Translations under genes and position numbers: made by a program | Assembly (NCBI RefSeq): GCF_035084215.1 | Contig: NC_090333.1 | Coordinates: 28,954,001-29,018,000, forward strand | Direction: 5' to 3' | Length of the DNA stretch: 64,000 nucleotides | DNA from: Heptranchias perlo | Taxonomy: Eukaryota | Shown here: positions 50,601 through 60,207 of the stretch, piece by piece | Numbering within the stretch: the first letter of the stretch is position 1 | Layout of the letters: every line of letters starts with the position of its first letter | The notes under the pieces: model-generated | What the model was told of the DNA's origin: nothing | The model's database searches: none | The model's input: the letters and a program-made list of their open reading frames with translations, nothing else

Positions 50601-53600
50601 ACCCTCTAGATGATTGAGAAGCTTTTTCCCTGTGTTATTCTAACGCCCCTGGACTGTTTCTGGGATGGTGCCAAGCTTCAAGGAGGTTCTGCTTACCTAC
50701 CGTAAGTACGGCTGTGTTAATTATTATGTTTCTGGGGTTTTAGGGATTGGTACTCTAAAAATTACACACTGGACGTTTCTCCCAAGTTTTTGGTCTGAAT
50801 TAAAGTGCTGCGAGGCTGAACAATGGCTCGCATTCTTCCCCTGCGATGTGGTTACTTGTCAGGCGGAGCAGAGAGACCCATGGGAATTCTTTGTCAACAG
50901 ACGGTAACTGAAGTTATTCTCATGCTAATCTGAGCCTTATTGCTGCAAGTTGCCCAACAAATAAAATGTACACATTATTCATGCCACGGGCCCTATTTAA
51001 AAAATGCCCCTGAGAAGAAAAAGGCCCTCTTTCGATTAAAATCAACTCACTGACAAGCATTCCATTCTTGAAAGATTTTTCACAGCTTTTTTTTTGTGTT
51101 TACTCTGTAGTGTTAAACTGACACTGACTCTTATTCTTTCAAATGCTTTTTTAAAAAAAAAATCAGTGTACGTATGACATTTTCAATAGTTAGCATCTTT
51201 CGAGTTTGTTTCCTCTCCTCCCTCCCCCCAAACCACAGCACTTTCCCCATTTCTCTCCTCCCCCACCCACCCCCTCCTGTCCCTTTCCCTTCACTGCCGA
51301 GGGTTAGTCTGTGTGTGCCGTCAGCTTCCGCTTCAGTTCAGCCAGTTCGAGAACGCAAGAGAGAGAGAGAGAGAGAGAGAAAAAGGAGAACAAAGAATGG
51401 CAATCTATTCTCAAAAGTGGAAAAACAAAAGGGCTTGAGCAGGCTCACTCAAGCAAGAAATAGGAGATAAAGGAGCCTCTCTTTGGTTGCAGTAGAAGGG
51501 GTTGCTGGTATGTGGGAATCAGAAAGAGTTTGCTTCATGCGATGCCTTGCTCATGAATTATTGGAGTGTCATTCTGCCAGAGTTGGACATTTTCCCCCCT
51601 TGTCTTCTATTTGAGATGTCCTGTACACTCGCGTCTCTCTTTCCAACAGATTTTTTTTTGAAATGCCTTCACTTGGAAAGAAAAAATCAAAATCATTTGC
51701 AGGCTTTATTTATGAGAAAAAAAATTGAAAAGCAGACATAAAAAGAAAACTAATAAAACAAGACAGTACCAATATTCAAAGAACGTTTTAATCATTTCAT
51801 TTCCGATAGCCCGAACTCTGGTTTCAGCTTGGGTGATGCTCTTAAGCTCAGGAGATATCACTAAAATGACAGCAAAGTCTTTATTTTTTGTTAAGAGAGT
51901 GCCTTCAAAAACACTTTTTTCAAATTTCCTTTATGGCCAATGCTGAAACATTGAATCATTTATGTTCAATAAAATTTCATTGCCATCTGTCATAGATTCT
52001 TTGCAAGACCACTGGCTTATAGTTCTCACGGAAAAAGGGACAAAGTTGTGGAATTCAATCCCCAAAACACCCATAAACTCGAAGAATCCCATGCAATAAC
52101 TCAGAATTTGACTTATTCAGTTGTCCTGATTATTTGCTACTAAACGTTAAACCTGTGGTGGTGATGTCACAGATTGTCACTTCTCTTGTGCAGACATCAT
52201 CATGCATTAAGGAGATGAAGTCTGACACCAGTCAGCATCTGCTGACAGCCACTGGCAGCACAGAAAACACCTCGCTCTCTAAACTTCACTCTGCCTTCAT
52301 TTATTTTAATATATAGATATAATATCTTAAATGAAGGCAGATGGTAGGGAGCAATTTTGAGATTGTTACCTGATCCCATTTGTTAGTTTGAAAGCTTTTG
52401 AACTTCAACCTTATATTTTGTGCACTTTATGCTTAAAATACTACCATATTATCACTCTGCGGTGTTCCAGTATTCTATAGCTCATAAAAGTAACATTTTA
52501 TATTAGTTACTTGAGTCACCCAAGCATCTTAGCTTATTTAAATGTTACCGAAAGGCTTGAAATAAAAAGGACAATCGATTGACTTATTCCTTCCCCCCCT
52601 CCAGTAAAGTAACTAAGTAAAGAGAGACCTGACAGTTCTGAAGAACTTTATTAGGTCTTGTCGAAATGGAGAGAGGCAGTCTGGGGAGGAGGGTGCAAGA
52701 TCCATATAGGAACCTCTTCTATCCTGCCTTCCTGAGTCCAGTTTACCGCTCAGCTCCCAAATGGTGATGAGCTGGCAGCAGTGGGTATTGAAATGCACTG
52801 AAATGAGAAGAAAGAAAGAGAGAGAAAAAAAAGACACTCTTTGTGGTGGCGGGAGAAAACCGTACAAAAGGATATTTTACAGATGAAGAGATTAATGATT
52901 TAATGTGGCTGAGAAGAGAGCTGTTACATGGAGAGTGGGAGGAGGAACGAGCACAATGGGGGAGGGGGAGAGACACAATCAAGAGTGGCAGCCAGCGTTG
53001 GAGACCGCAGGGCTCTGTTTGTGGGGCGTAATCTGATTATTTAGAGGAAAGACCTTTAATGAAAAATTAATTTGATCGGGACTGACACATTGCCTGGATA
53101 AGTGCAGGTGGTGAGTGCCCACTGAAGGAAAATGGGTTTATTAAAAAGTCACCTAATTGCAGCAAGAGTTTGAGATCTTAAACAGGAGGACACTAATCCC
53201 ACCTTTAAAGAAACAATAATGGTGGGAACAGGATTCTAATGTGTTGCCACATCAGCTATCAAAATGCTTTATAAAATGATTTTTTTCTTCAGATTAGCTA
53301 ATTGTTATGCATCGCTTACCTTCTATAGGGTGATTGATATTGTGCTGTGTGAACACAAACATGTTAGCACATTTGTATGAAATTCCTGCATTTACTATTT
53401 TAACTGAGACATTAAAATACTGGATAGGGCAACTTCATACAAGTGCATTAACACATTTTCTTACTAATATTGAATGACAAAATATGACTCCATTGATATT
53501 TTATTTGTTGACACGTTAAGATTAATTTTTGGTTTCGATTTTTAAAATGTTCCTGATTTTTGATGAGTTTAGTTTTAAAGGGTTTTTATAGCATCACTCT

Positions 53601-56600
53601 CCAGTGAGACATTTGTCCAATTTCCTTAAACATAAAGCCTGCAGACAGAAAAACTCACAGGTGGGGCGGCCTCTGAAAGCCTCCATAAAGGGCCTGTTCC
53701 TCTCACTCACTTGCAGGTTGCTTTTTTTTTAACAGTTTAGTCAGTCCTTCAGCTGTCAAGCAGATCTCTTTAACTATCCCAACAACATCAAGTCAGAAGA
53801 GGCAGTGAGGGTCTCTTCCCCTCGCCCGCTGCAGGAATTTTAAAAGACCCAGGACAAACCACACGCCAGTAATATCAAGACATTTGAGAGTTCCCCAGTA
53901 ATTGTCATGTCTCACTGCACAAAGTTAAGAAATGCGAGTGGGCACCGCGGCCTGATCAGGCTTTCCCTCACTTTGTTCCTCCATAATGGGATAATACATG
54001 GTCTTTTACTCTGCATCTGGCAATGATATAAGCTTAAAGGAGAAGGTACCTCTATGGGTAAGTATTGTCAATAGGAAGTACTTACCCGCAGACCACCTCT
54101 ATGTGTTTTTCATTATTTTGGAAAAAAAATTAGCAATGAGAAAACAAAATGTTAATTTTTCAGAATATTTGTATTTATGGGGTGCCCTTATGTATTCGTC
54201 CACTTCTTGCTGTAAATGCTGGGACAGATGTGGTGAGATTTTTGGACAGCAGTGTGGTTGGTGTCTTTAGAAGGTGATGGTGGACTGGTTCCTTTCAGGG
54301 TAAGCAGTACCCTTTGACAGAAGTTACCTGTAGAGTTGCCTTCTCCACTAAGACTAACATTAGAAGTGTGGAGTAACTGAAGCACACAGCAATCAGAAGC
54401 ACTTAGTGACATGGGGGAGATTTCTTCTGTTTACTGTTTGTAGCCAAGTTATACATGCATTCTTCATACATGTGTTTTTGATTTCACTACAAGTAGTGGA
54501 CAGAGGAAATCTTTCTGCACAGTAACTTAAACAGATATTATCACTTCCATAAAGAGGGAGTCTTGTCATCAGTAGCCCCCTTTTTAAATTGAATAGTTAA
54601 AGCGATTTATGATTGTCAGTAACACTTCTTTTTGCAATGTCTATTTCTGTCGGGTTTTTTTGGGCAGTAGGTATTTTTATTCAAACAGTAACTGGGATAA
54701 CATCGTCAATGGAATTGACTTGGAGAAGCTGCTGAATCTGACAGTGATAAATTAACGCCCACAGTTGAAATGACAACAGACAAAACAAAAAAATACAGAG
54801 GTTCCCCAAGTTAATGATAATTCATCTCCCTTATACCGTCTCGCTTTGTAACTCCTCCAACTCAGACCCACCCTTTCTCTGATTCACTGTTCAAATTGCA
54901 ATATCCCACATAAGCATACAAGGCTACGGACCAAATGCTGGAATATGGGATTAGAGTAGACAGGGCTTGATGGCCGGCGCGGACACGATGGGCCGAAGGG
55001 CCTCTATCCGTGCCGTATGACTCTATGACTCTAATCAACAGGATAGACAGGAAAAAGATTTTAAAGGGGTTCTGCTGGTGAAACATGCTCATTAAAGAGA
55101 CCCTTGATATTGAGACTCCCTCTGCAAATAACATCTGCTTGGTTATATTGAGAAAAGTTCAAAAAGCAACGTTAGCAAAATCTTTGAACAAACTTGGCAG
55201 AGAAATTGTAACTCCTGGCCATGTATTCCGAAACTTGCAGTGTAATTAGCATGAGGGCAGGAGCGAGTCACAGAATCCAAAAGCCTTGGTTAATAGAATG
55301 AGAGCAAGGCCTAGTCAGAAGAGGCGTGATACATTGGCCTGAAATTGCTCAGGATCGTGTCTGACGGGACCTTCCATCAGTGCTGACCTTGCTGGAGTTT
55401 GCGGGGTTAGTGGGAGAGCACTTCATTTACATGAGCTAGACGGGCACAAGTGCCATTTTGGTTGCATCTCCAGTGCCAAATTGTTCACACCAGCCTGAAA
55501 CTTCAGCACTTGCCCACCTGTGGAGCAGGCGACCCTAAGCCACACCCACCCACACCCACCCCCAGCCATCATCCCCTCAGCACTCCAAGCTAGGTAGTTG
55601 ATCTATAAAAATCATTGTCTTCAGCGTTTCAGGCCGCTTGCCTGCCCTCGGCCATATAGTGGGGCTCACATACACCTTGTGGATGCCGCTATGCCTCCAC
55701 ACGCACAACATACAACGATGTGGAGATGCCGGTGATGGACTGGGGTTGACAATTGTAAACAATTTTACAACACCAAGTTATAGTCCAGCAATTTTATTTT
55801 AAATTCACAAGCTTTCGGAGGCTTCCTCCTTCCTCAGGTGAACGAAATGAAATTTCGTTTCATTTCGTTCACCTGAGGAAGGAGGAAGCCTCCGAAAGCT
55901 TGTGAATTTAAAATAAAATTGCTGGACTATAACTTGGTGTTGTAAAATTGTTTACAACATACAACAACAGGTCCCACTGGAGCTTGAGGAATGCAAACTC
56001 CCGGCTCTGAGAGTCCCCACCCTTCGTCTGCCACCTGACCATCATTCTGCCCCATACAAGACAACCAGGAGACTCCTCGACATGGCAGTGACCCAGTGCA
56101 ACCAGATTTACATCATTTTCTGTGGGCTCCTGCTGGTCTCCTGCCAGAATTACAGTGGGAGACCAGCAGAATCCCCAAGGCATTTTGGATCCATTGTCAC
56201 TAAGGTGAGGGTAGAAGTTGGTTCTGGAGTCATAGAGTTATACAGCACGGATAGAGGCCCTTCGGCCCATCGTGTCCGCGCCGGCCATCAAGCCCTGTCT
56301 AATCTTATCCCATATTCCAGCATTTGGTCCGTAGCCTTGTATGCTATGGCATTTCAAGTGCTCATCCAAATGCTTCTTGAATGTTGTGAGGGTTCCTGCC
56401 TCCACAACCCTTTCAGGCAGTGAGTTCCAGACTCCAACCACCCTCTGGGTGAAAAAGTTCTTTCTCAAATCCCCTCTAAACCTCCCGCCTTTTACCTTGA
56501 ATCTATGTCTCCTTGTTATAGAACCCTCAACGAATGGAAAAAGCTCCTTAGTATCCATCCTATCTGTGCCCCTCATAATCATGTCCCCCCTCAGCCTCCT

Positions 56601-59600
56601 CTGCTCCAAGGAAAACAAACCCAATCTTCCCAGTCTCTCTTCATAGCTCCAGCCCTGGTAACATCCTGGTGAATCTCCTCTGCACCCTCTCCAAAGCGAT
56701 CACATCCTTCCTGTAGTGTGGCGACCAGAACTGCACACAGTACTCCAGCTGTGGCCTAACCAGTGTTTTATACAGCTCCATCATAACCTCCTTGCTCTTA
56801 TATTCTATGCCTCGGCTAATAAAGGCAAGTATCCCATATGCCTTCTTTACCACCTTATCTACCTGTTCCGCCGCCTTCAGGGATCTGTGAACTTGCACAC
56901 CAAGATCCCTCTGACCCTCTGTCTTGCCTAGGGTCCTCCCATTCATTGTGTATTCCCTTGCCTTGTTAGTCCCTCCAAAGTGCATCACCTCGCACTTTTT
57001 CGGGTTAAATTCCATTTGCCACTGTTCTGCCCATCCGACCAACCCATCTATATCGTCCTGCAGACTGAGGCTATCCTCCTCGCTATTTACCACCCTACCA
57101 ATCTTTGTATCATCAGCGAACTTACTGATCATACCTTTTACATTCATATCCAAGTCGTTAATGTAGACCACAAACAGCAAGGGACCCAGCACCGATCCCT
57201 GTGGTACCCCACTGGCCACAGGCTTCCAGTCACAAAAACAACCTTCGACCATCACCCTCTGCCTCTGCCACTAAGCCAGTTTTGTATCCAAAGTGCCAAG
57301 GCACCCTGGATTCCATGGGCTCGTACCTTCTTGACCAGTCTCCTGTGGGGGACTTTATCGAAGGCCTTACTGAAATCCATGTATACCACATCCACTGCGT
57401 TACCCTCATCCACGCGCCTAGTCACCCCCTCAAAAAATTCAATCAAATTAGTCAGACATGATCTTCCCTTGACAAAGCCATGTTGACTATCCCTGATTAA
57501 TCCTTGCTTCTCCAAGTGGAGACTAATTTTGTCCTTCAGAATTTTTTCCAATAATTTTCCTACCACTGATGTTAGGCTCACTGGCCTGTGGTTCCCCGGT
57601 TTTTCCCTACTCCCCTTCTTGAATAATGGTACTACATTAGCGGTTCTCCAGTCCTCTGGCACATCCCCTGTGGCCAGAGAGGTTCTGAATATATGTGTCA
57701 GAGCCCCCGCAATCTCCTCCTTTGCCTCACACAGTAGCCTGGGATACATTTCGTCCGGGCCTGGGGATTTATCCATTTTTAGGCCTGCTAAAACCGCCAA
57801 TACCTCCTCCCGCTCGATGTTAATATGTTCGAGTATATCACAGTCCCCCTGCCGTATTTCTATGTCTACATCGTCCTTCTCCATAGTGAAAACAGATGCA
57901 AAAAATTCAATTAGAACCCCTCCTACATCTGCCGGCTCCACACACAGATTGCCATTTTTGTCCCTAATGGGCCCTATTTTTTCCCTAGTTATCCTCTTAC
58001 CCTTAATATACTTATAAAACATCTTAGGATTTTCCTTTATTTTGCTCACCAGTGTTATTTCATGGCCCCTCCTTGATCTCCTAATTTCTTTTTTAAGTAT
58101 CCCCCTGCACTTTTTGTACTCCTCTAGGGCTTCCTCCGTCTTTAGCCTTTTGTATCTGCCAAAAGCCCTCCTTTTTTTCCTAATCCATTCTCGTATATCC
58201 CCTGACATCCAAGGTTCCCTGGAGTTCTTGGAACCACCCTTGACCTTTACGGGAACATGTTGCCATTTTATGGTCTCAATCTCCCTTCTGAAAGACTCCC
58301 ATTGCTCCGATGCGGATTTTCCTACAAGCAGCTGATCCCAGTCCATTTTGGCCAGATCCTGCCTTATCCTATTAAAATCGGCCTTCCCCCAATTTAGAAC
58401 CTTTATTTCCGGCCCCTCCCTGTCCTTTTCCATGACCACCTTAAATCTCACCGAATTATGGTCACTGTCACCAAAGTGCTCACCTACTAGCACTTCTTCC
58501 ACTTGGCCGGCCACATTCCCTAGAATTAGGTCCAGTACCGCCCCCTCTCTTGTAGGACTTTCTACATGCTGGCTCAAAAAGCTCTCCTGGATGCACGTTA
58601 AGAATTTTGTACCCTCTAAGCCTTTTACACTCTGAGTATCCCAGTTAATATTGGGGAAGTTGAAATCCCCCACTATTATTACCCTGTGATGCTTCTTCTT
58701 GATTGACAAACATAGTGTTATAATGATCAATATTATTGCACTTTTGATAGTGCTGTGTTGTATAAAGGGTAATTATTTATTTTTTCTCTTTGATTTGTCC
58801 TTTATGAAGCTCCATCTACTGGCTTGCTTAAGAACCATCAAATCTTGCCCAATGAGAGTTGTTGACTTTGAATACCAGTCAAGACTGTGTTTTGAACTTT
58901 CAGCCCATTGGTTGAGCGTACAACAAATTGTCCATGAGCTATCCCATCAAACTCCAGTGAACACTTAGAGTTCATCCTGCATGGTAATTAATACAGGCAT
59001 TGCGGAGTTGATTGCTCATTCTGTTTAGAGACTACCTGTCGCAGACTACTCATGATTCATGCATCAGCGGTATCAATCGGAGGTGGCGGAGCATATGCTG
59101 GCTTAGCCAAAATGAACAATTTATGGATTATTTTTCTTTCAACAGAGGAAAACCAGATATTCAATGGATGAACCTTGACCCTGTGCAGCTCCTGGATGAA
59201 CTGGGGCAGTTTACATCTTTGGAGGGATTCAGGGAGATGCTAGATAAGGCCCAAGTAGGACATGCATACATGGATAGACCCTGCTTACAACCAGGGGACA
59301 CTGAGTGCCCTCCAACTGCCCGAAACAAACAATCACTGGAGGTAAGCCCTTTGGCAATTTATTTCTGTACTTTCGGCCTCGAGGTAAATTTTGGTCTTTA
59401 GCACTCCCAGTGCAGAGCTCCACATGCCAGGAGTAATACTGGGAATTTGGGCGCAGCCCCAGCACACAAAGCTCTACTTTGCGAATGCAAAACAGCAGAA
59501 TTTACCCTGTAGTTTCTGACAGTTGTGGCCAGTGTACTTTTTAGTTGCGGCGGATATATGAATATTTTTTTAGAATGCCTTCGACCGGGTGAAGTTTGTT

Positions 59601-60207
59601 GAATATTACTGCCATTTCACTTCTTGGTCCTGGGTTTTTGAATCTAGGCAAGACTGATAGAATGTAAATCTCCTCTCTCTGACAATGGTACAGGTCCTAT
59701 GTATAAAACAGTCTAAACCCAATTTCTTGTGAGTATGGGTTCACAGAATAAACCTACGCACAAATTGGCAGTTGCCGGTAAAGTTGTCCCTTCTGCTTTG
59801 TTCATCCACTGCATTAAATGTTTTGTGAAGGCTCTCAGAAGAAGTGTAGGTGCAGGCAAGTGTGACTATCCAGAGATTGGGACCACTCAGATCCAGGTGG
59901 CCCTTTACATGTAAGTTAATAGTAAAGGCTCCAGTTATCTACTTACATTTTACAGAGAACTAGTGGAAAACTCTATTCTCCGTGAACCCCACTTGAGATT
60001 AGAACCTGCCACTTGAGTGTGAACAATAAAAAGTACCAGTAACATTACTAAGTGTAAATTAAACATGATTTTTATGTTGTTACAGGCTCCTAATATTCCC
60101 ATAGAATTAACTGGTGGCTGCCCTGGATTCTCAAAGAAGTTTATGCATTGGCTAGAGGAGATGATTTTGGGAGGCGTGAAGAAAAATTCCCAGAATATAC
60201 TGCTGAG
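4791..60207 (+). CDS. PTCH2: Patched 2 (Hedgehog receptor), coding exons 1-7; 3'-partial, continues beyond the window
   Basis: Spliced translation [10 protein letters not shown]...[18 protein letters not shown]|[25 protein letters not shown]...[11 protein letters not shown]|VGSRVSQEL...|[23 protein letters not shown]|[31 protein letters not shown]|[12 protein letters not shown]...[13 protein letters not shown]...|[13 protein letters not shown]. Exon sizes 141/193/190/70/92/196/122 fit the vertebrate Patched exon structure. [24 protein letters not shown] and DIQW-NLDP are PTCH2-type rather than PTCH1-type residues. Confidence 0.95.
5600..7084. repeat. Low-complexity polypurine block (about 5600-6230) followed by polypyrimidine block (about 6290-7084) in intron 1
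   Basis: Strong GA-rich then CT-rich strand asymmetry. Confidence 0.9.
7085..7277 (+). CDS. PTCH2: PTCH2 exon 2 (193 nt; includes TM1)
   Basis: Polypyrimidine tract + ctag acceptor; [64 protein letters not shown]; G|gtaag donor. Confidence 0.96.
10854..12020 (-). mobile_element. CR1-clade LINE, young, 5'-truncated
   Basis: Minus-strand ORFs with [37 protein letters not shown] and [12 protein letters not shown]; (CTATGACT)n 3' tail. Confidence 0.95.
14336..14530. mobile_element. Decayed palindromic Penelope-type pseudo-LTR repeat with a degenerate hammerhead core
   Basis: Imperfect inverted repeat centred near 14431 (agagaaaagac...tcagaa | ttctga...gtcttttctct); minus strand reads CTGATGA-AG...; related fragment at 21830-21880. 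Confidence 0.6.
15867..16994. mobile_element. Non-autonomous DNA transposon (MITE; Harbinger-like inferred) with internal C-rich minisatellite
   Basis: Perfect 16-bp TIRs GGGCCTAAATTTTAAC / GTTAAAATTTAGGCCC; internal (ccccgatgactcc)-like repeats about 16250-16800. Confidence 0.82.
17195..17623 (+). mobile_element. Old CR1 3' fragment followed by (TA)n
   Basis: [13 protein letters not shown]...RGHRFKI...[11 protein letters not shown]; gggccgaatggcct 3' motif. Confidence 0.85.
22700..23090 (+). mobile_element. Old CR1 3' fragment
   Basis: [18 protein letters not shown]; gggctgaatggcctact...gttcctatg tail. Confidence 0.85.
23203..23323 (-). mobile_element. tRNA-derived SINE (DeuSINE/SacSINE1-like) fragment
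   Basis: cctcagtactgtactgaagtgtcagcctagattatgcgctcaag...tttgaaccc (B box)...actgagcca (A box), reverse orientation; family recognised from memory. Confidence 0.7.
28113..28222 (-). mobile_element. Short CR1 3'-end fragment
   Basis: catagaatttatagcacagaaacaggccattcgg, a CR1 3' terminus in reverse orientation. Confidence 0.65.
29521..31156 (+). mobile_element. Second non-LTR retrotransposon family (CR1/L2/Jockey group RT), 5'-truncated and degenerate
   Basis: [45 protein letters not shown] and FADD across frameshifted ORFs; ends tgaatgaataaaaaaaa. Confidence 0.92.
33960..34423 (+). mobile_element. Old CR1 3' fragment
   Basis: gtgacttgatagaggtgtttaaaattatg (DLIEVFKIM); gggccaaatggcctgtttcc...ttctatg tail. 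Confidence 0.8.
34753..36210 (+). mobile_element. L2-clade LINE, 5'-truncated and degenerate
   Basis: [29 protein letters not shown] and [15 protein letters not shown]; L2-type 3' end ...tatataaatgcaacttgttgtt. Confidence 0.92.
36546..36660 (-). mobile_element. Short CR1 3'-end fragment
   Basis: ggaacataggaacagtaggtcattcagtccctcgagcctgctc; reverse-complement homolog of 23020-23090. Confidence 0.65.
38323..38495 (+). repeat. Degenerate tandem repeat, 69-bp period, about 2.5 copies
   Basis: aatca-c-cag--atccatt-ttct units begin at 38323, 38392 and 38461. Confidence 0.75.
39505..39513 (-). promoter_or_regulatory. GLI consensus site in intron 2 (candidate enhancer)
   Basis: Perfect TGGGTGGTC in apparently non-repeat sequence; same cTGGGTGGTCc context as the promoter site. 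Confidence 0.65.
43071..43240 (-). mobile_element. L2 3'-end fragment
   Basis: (caa)n-cttgcatttatatag...; reverse-complement homolog of 36050-36210. A shorter remnant lies near 40126-40172. Confidence 0.85.
43720..43828 (-). mobile_element. tRNA-derived SINE-like head; second copy near 60245-60350 (+)
   Basis: ctttcatcccatcagtctaaactggatttgatcc matches the reverse complement of tttgaatccgcactagactgattagataaaagtctc. Confidence 0.5.
43999..44188 (+). CDS. PTCH2: PTCH2 exon 3 (190 nt)
   Basis: ttttctgcag acceptor; (V)[29 protein letters not shown]...[10 protein letters not shown]; AA|gtaag donor. Confidence 0.96.
44223..44795. mobile_element. MITE related to 15867-16994
   Basis: Ends gggtcagttttaac / gttaaaatccc; GC-rich interior; starts about 35 bp after the exon 3 donor. 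Confidence 0.6.
46166..46235 (+). CDS. PTCH2: PTCH2 exon 4 (70 nt)
   Basis: ctttctttcag acceptor; (K)[23 protein letters not shown]; CGA|gtgagt donor. Confidence 0.96.
46495..47137 (+). repeat. 184-bp direct repeat (46495-46678 and 46954-47137)
   Basis: Ungapped alignment by eye, 6 mismatches. Confidence 0.95.
46732..47809. repeat. 225-bp perfect inverted repeat (46732-46956 and 47585-47809)
   Basis: Block-by-block reverse complement comparison found no mismatch. Confidence 0.96.
47160..47495 (-). mobile_element. Old SINE-like interspersed repeat
   Basis: Diverged inverted homolog of 49850-50190 (ttagctga-ct...gacctcagcac...ggg-tagg core). Confidence 0.6.
48741..48857. mobile_element. Short MITE / hairpin element
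   Basis: TIRs GGGGTGAAATTCAACTTCAGC / GCTGAAGTTGAATTTCGTCCCC. Confidence 0.75.
49059..49583. mobile_element. MITE related to 15867-16994, opposite orientation
   Basis: Shares the ggcctg-gg-gaa-cactcctgctcc...ggccc core with 16190-16222 (reverse complement); ends ataaaatcagccc. Confidence 0.6.
49850..50190 (+). mobile_element. Old SINE-like interspersed repeat
   Basis: Homologous to 47160-47495 in the opposite orientation. Confidence 0.6.
50610..50701 (+). CDS. PTCH2: PTCH2 exon 5 (92 nt)
   Basis: ccctctag acceptor; [30 protein letters not shown]; CC|gtaagt donor. Confidence 0.96.
54912..55033 (+). mobile_element. CR1 3'-end fragment, same young family
   Basis: Reverse complement of 56227-56345 with about 4 mismatches; ends in ctctatgactcta. 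Confidence 0.92.
55336..55635. mobile_element. Short MITE
   Basis: TIRs GGCCTGAAATTGCT / AGCGTTTCAGGCC. Confidence 0.55.
55804..55842 (-). ncRNA. Minimal type I hammerhead ribozyme motif (mirror copy)
   Basis: Exact reverse complement of 55868-55906. Confidence 0.75.
55868..55906 (+). ncRNA. Minimal type I hammerhead ribozyme motif
   Basis: TTCAC-CTGAGGA-A-GGAGG-aag-CCTCC-GAAA-GC-T-T-GTGAA: stem I TTCAC/GTGAA, CUGANGA box, stem II GGAGG/CCTCC, GAAA box, palindromic minimal stem III (AAGCTT). Confidence 0.75.
56227..58690 (-). mobile_element. CR1-clade LINE, same young family as 10854-12020; end of APE domain plus RT, frameshifted
   Basis: [16 protein letters not shown] and GDSDHN (endonuclease); [23 protein letters not shown] and FADD (RT); near-identical to the 10854 copy. 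Confidence 0.96.
59146..59341 (+). CDS. PTCH2: PTCH2 exon 6 (196 nt)
   Basis: tttcaacag acceptor; (P)[65 protein letters not shown]; GAG|gtaagc donor. Confidence 0.96.
60086..60207 (+). CDS. PTCH2: PTCH2 exon 7 (122 nt)
   Basis: ttgttacag acceptor; [40 protein letters not shown]; AG|gtaagg donor. Confidence 0.95.

Larger units (their letters stand above)
55717..55957. mobile_element. Palindromic Penelope pseudo-LTR insertion with 12-bp flanking direct repeat
   Basis: Perfect 100-bp arms at 55753-55852 and 55858-55957; homologous to 1800-1910; ACAACATACAAC at 55705-55716 and 55954-55965. Confidence 0.9.

Noticed and set aside
57252-58730. 492-aa ORF as a host gene nested in intron 5
   Set aside because: It is CR1 ORF2, 5'-truncated and frameshifted near 57255.
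4791-60207. Assignment as PTCH1
   Set aside because: Diagnostic residues ([41 protein letters not shown]) and the 196-nt exon 6 fit PTCH2 better.
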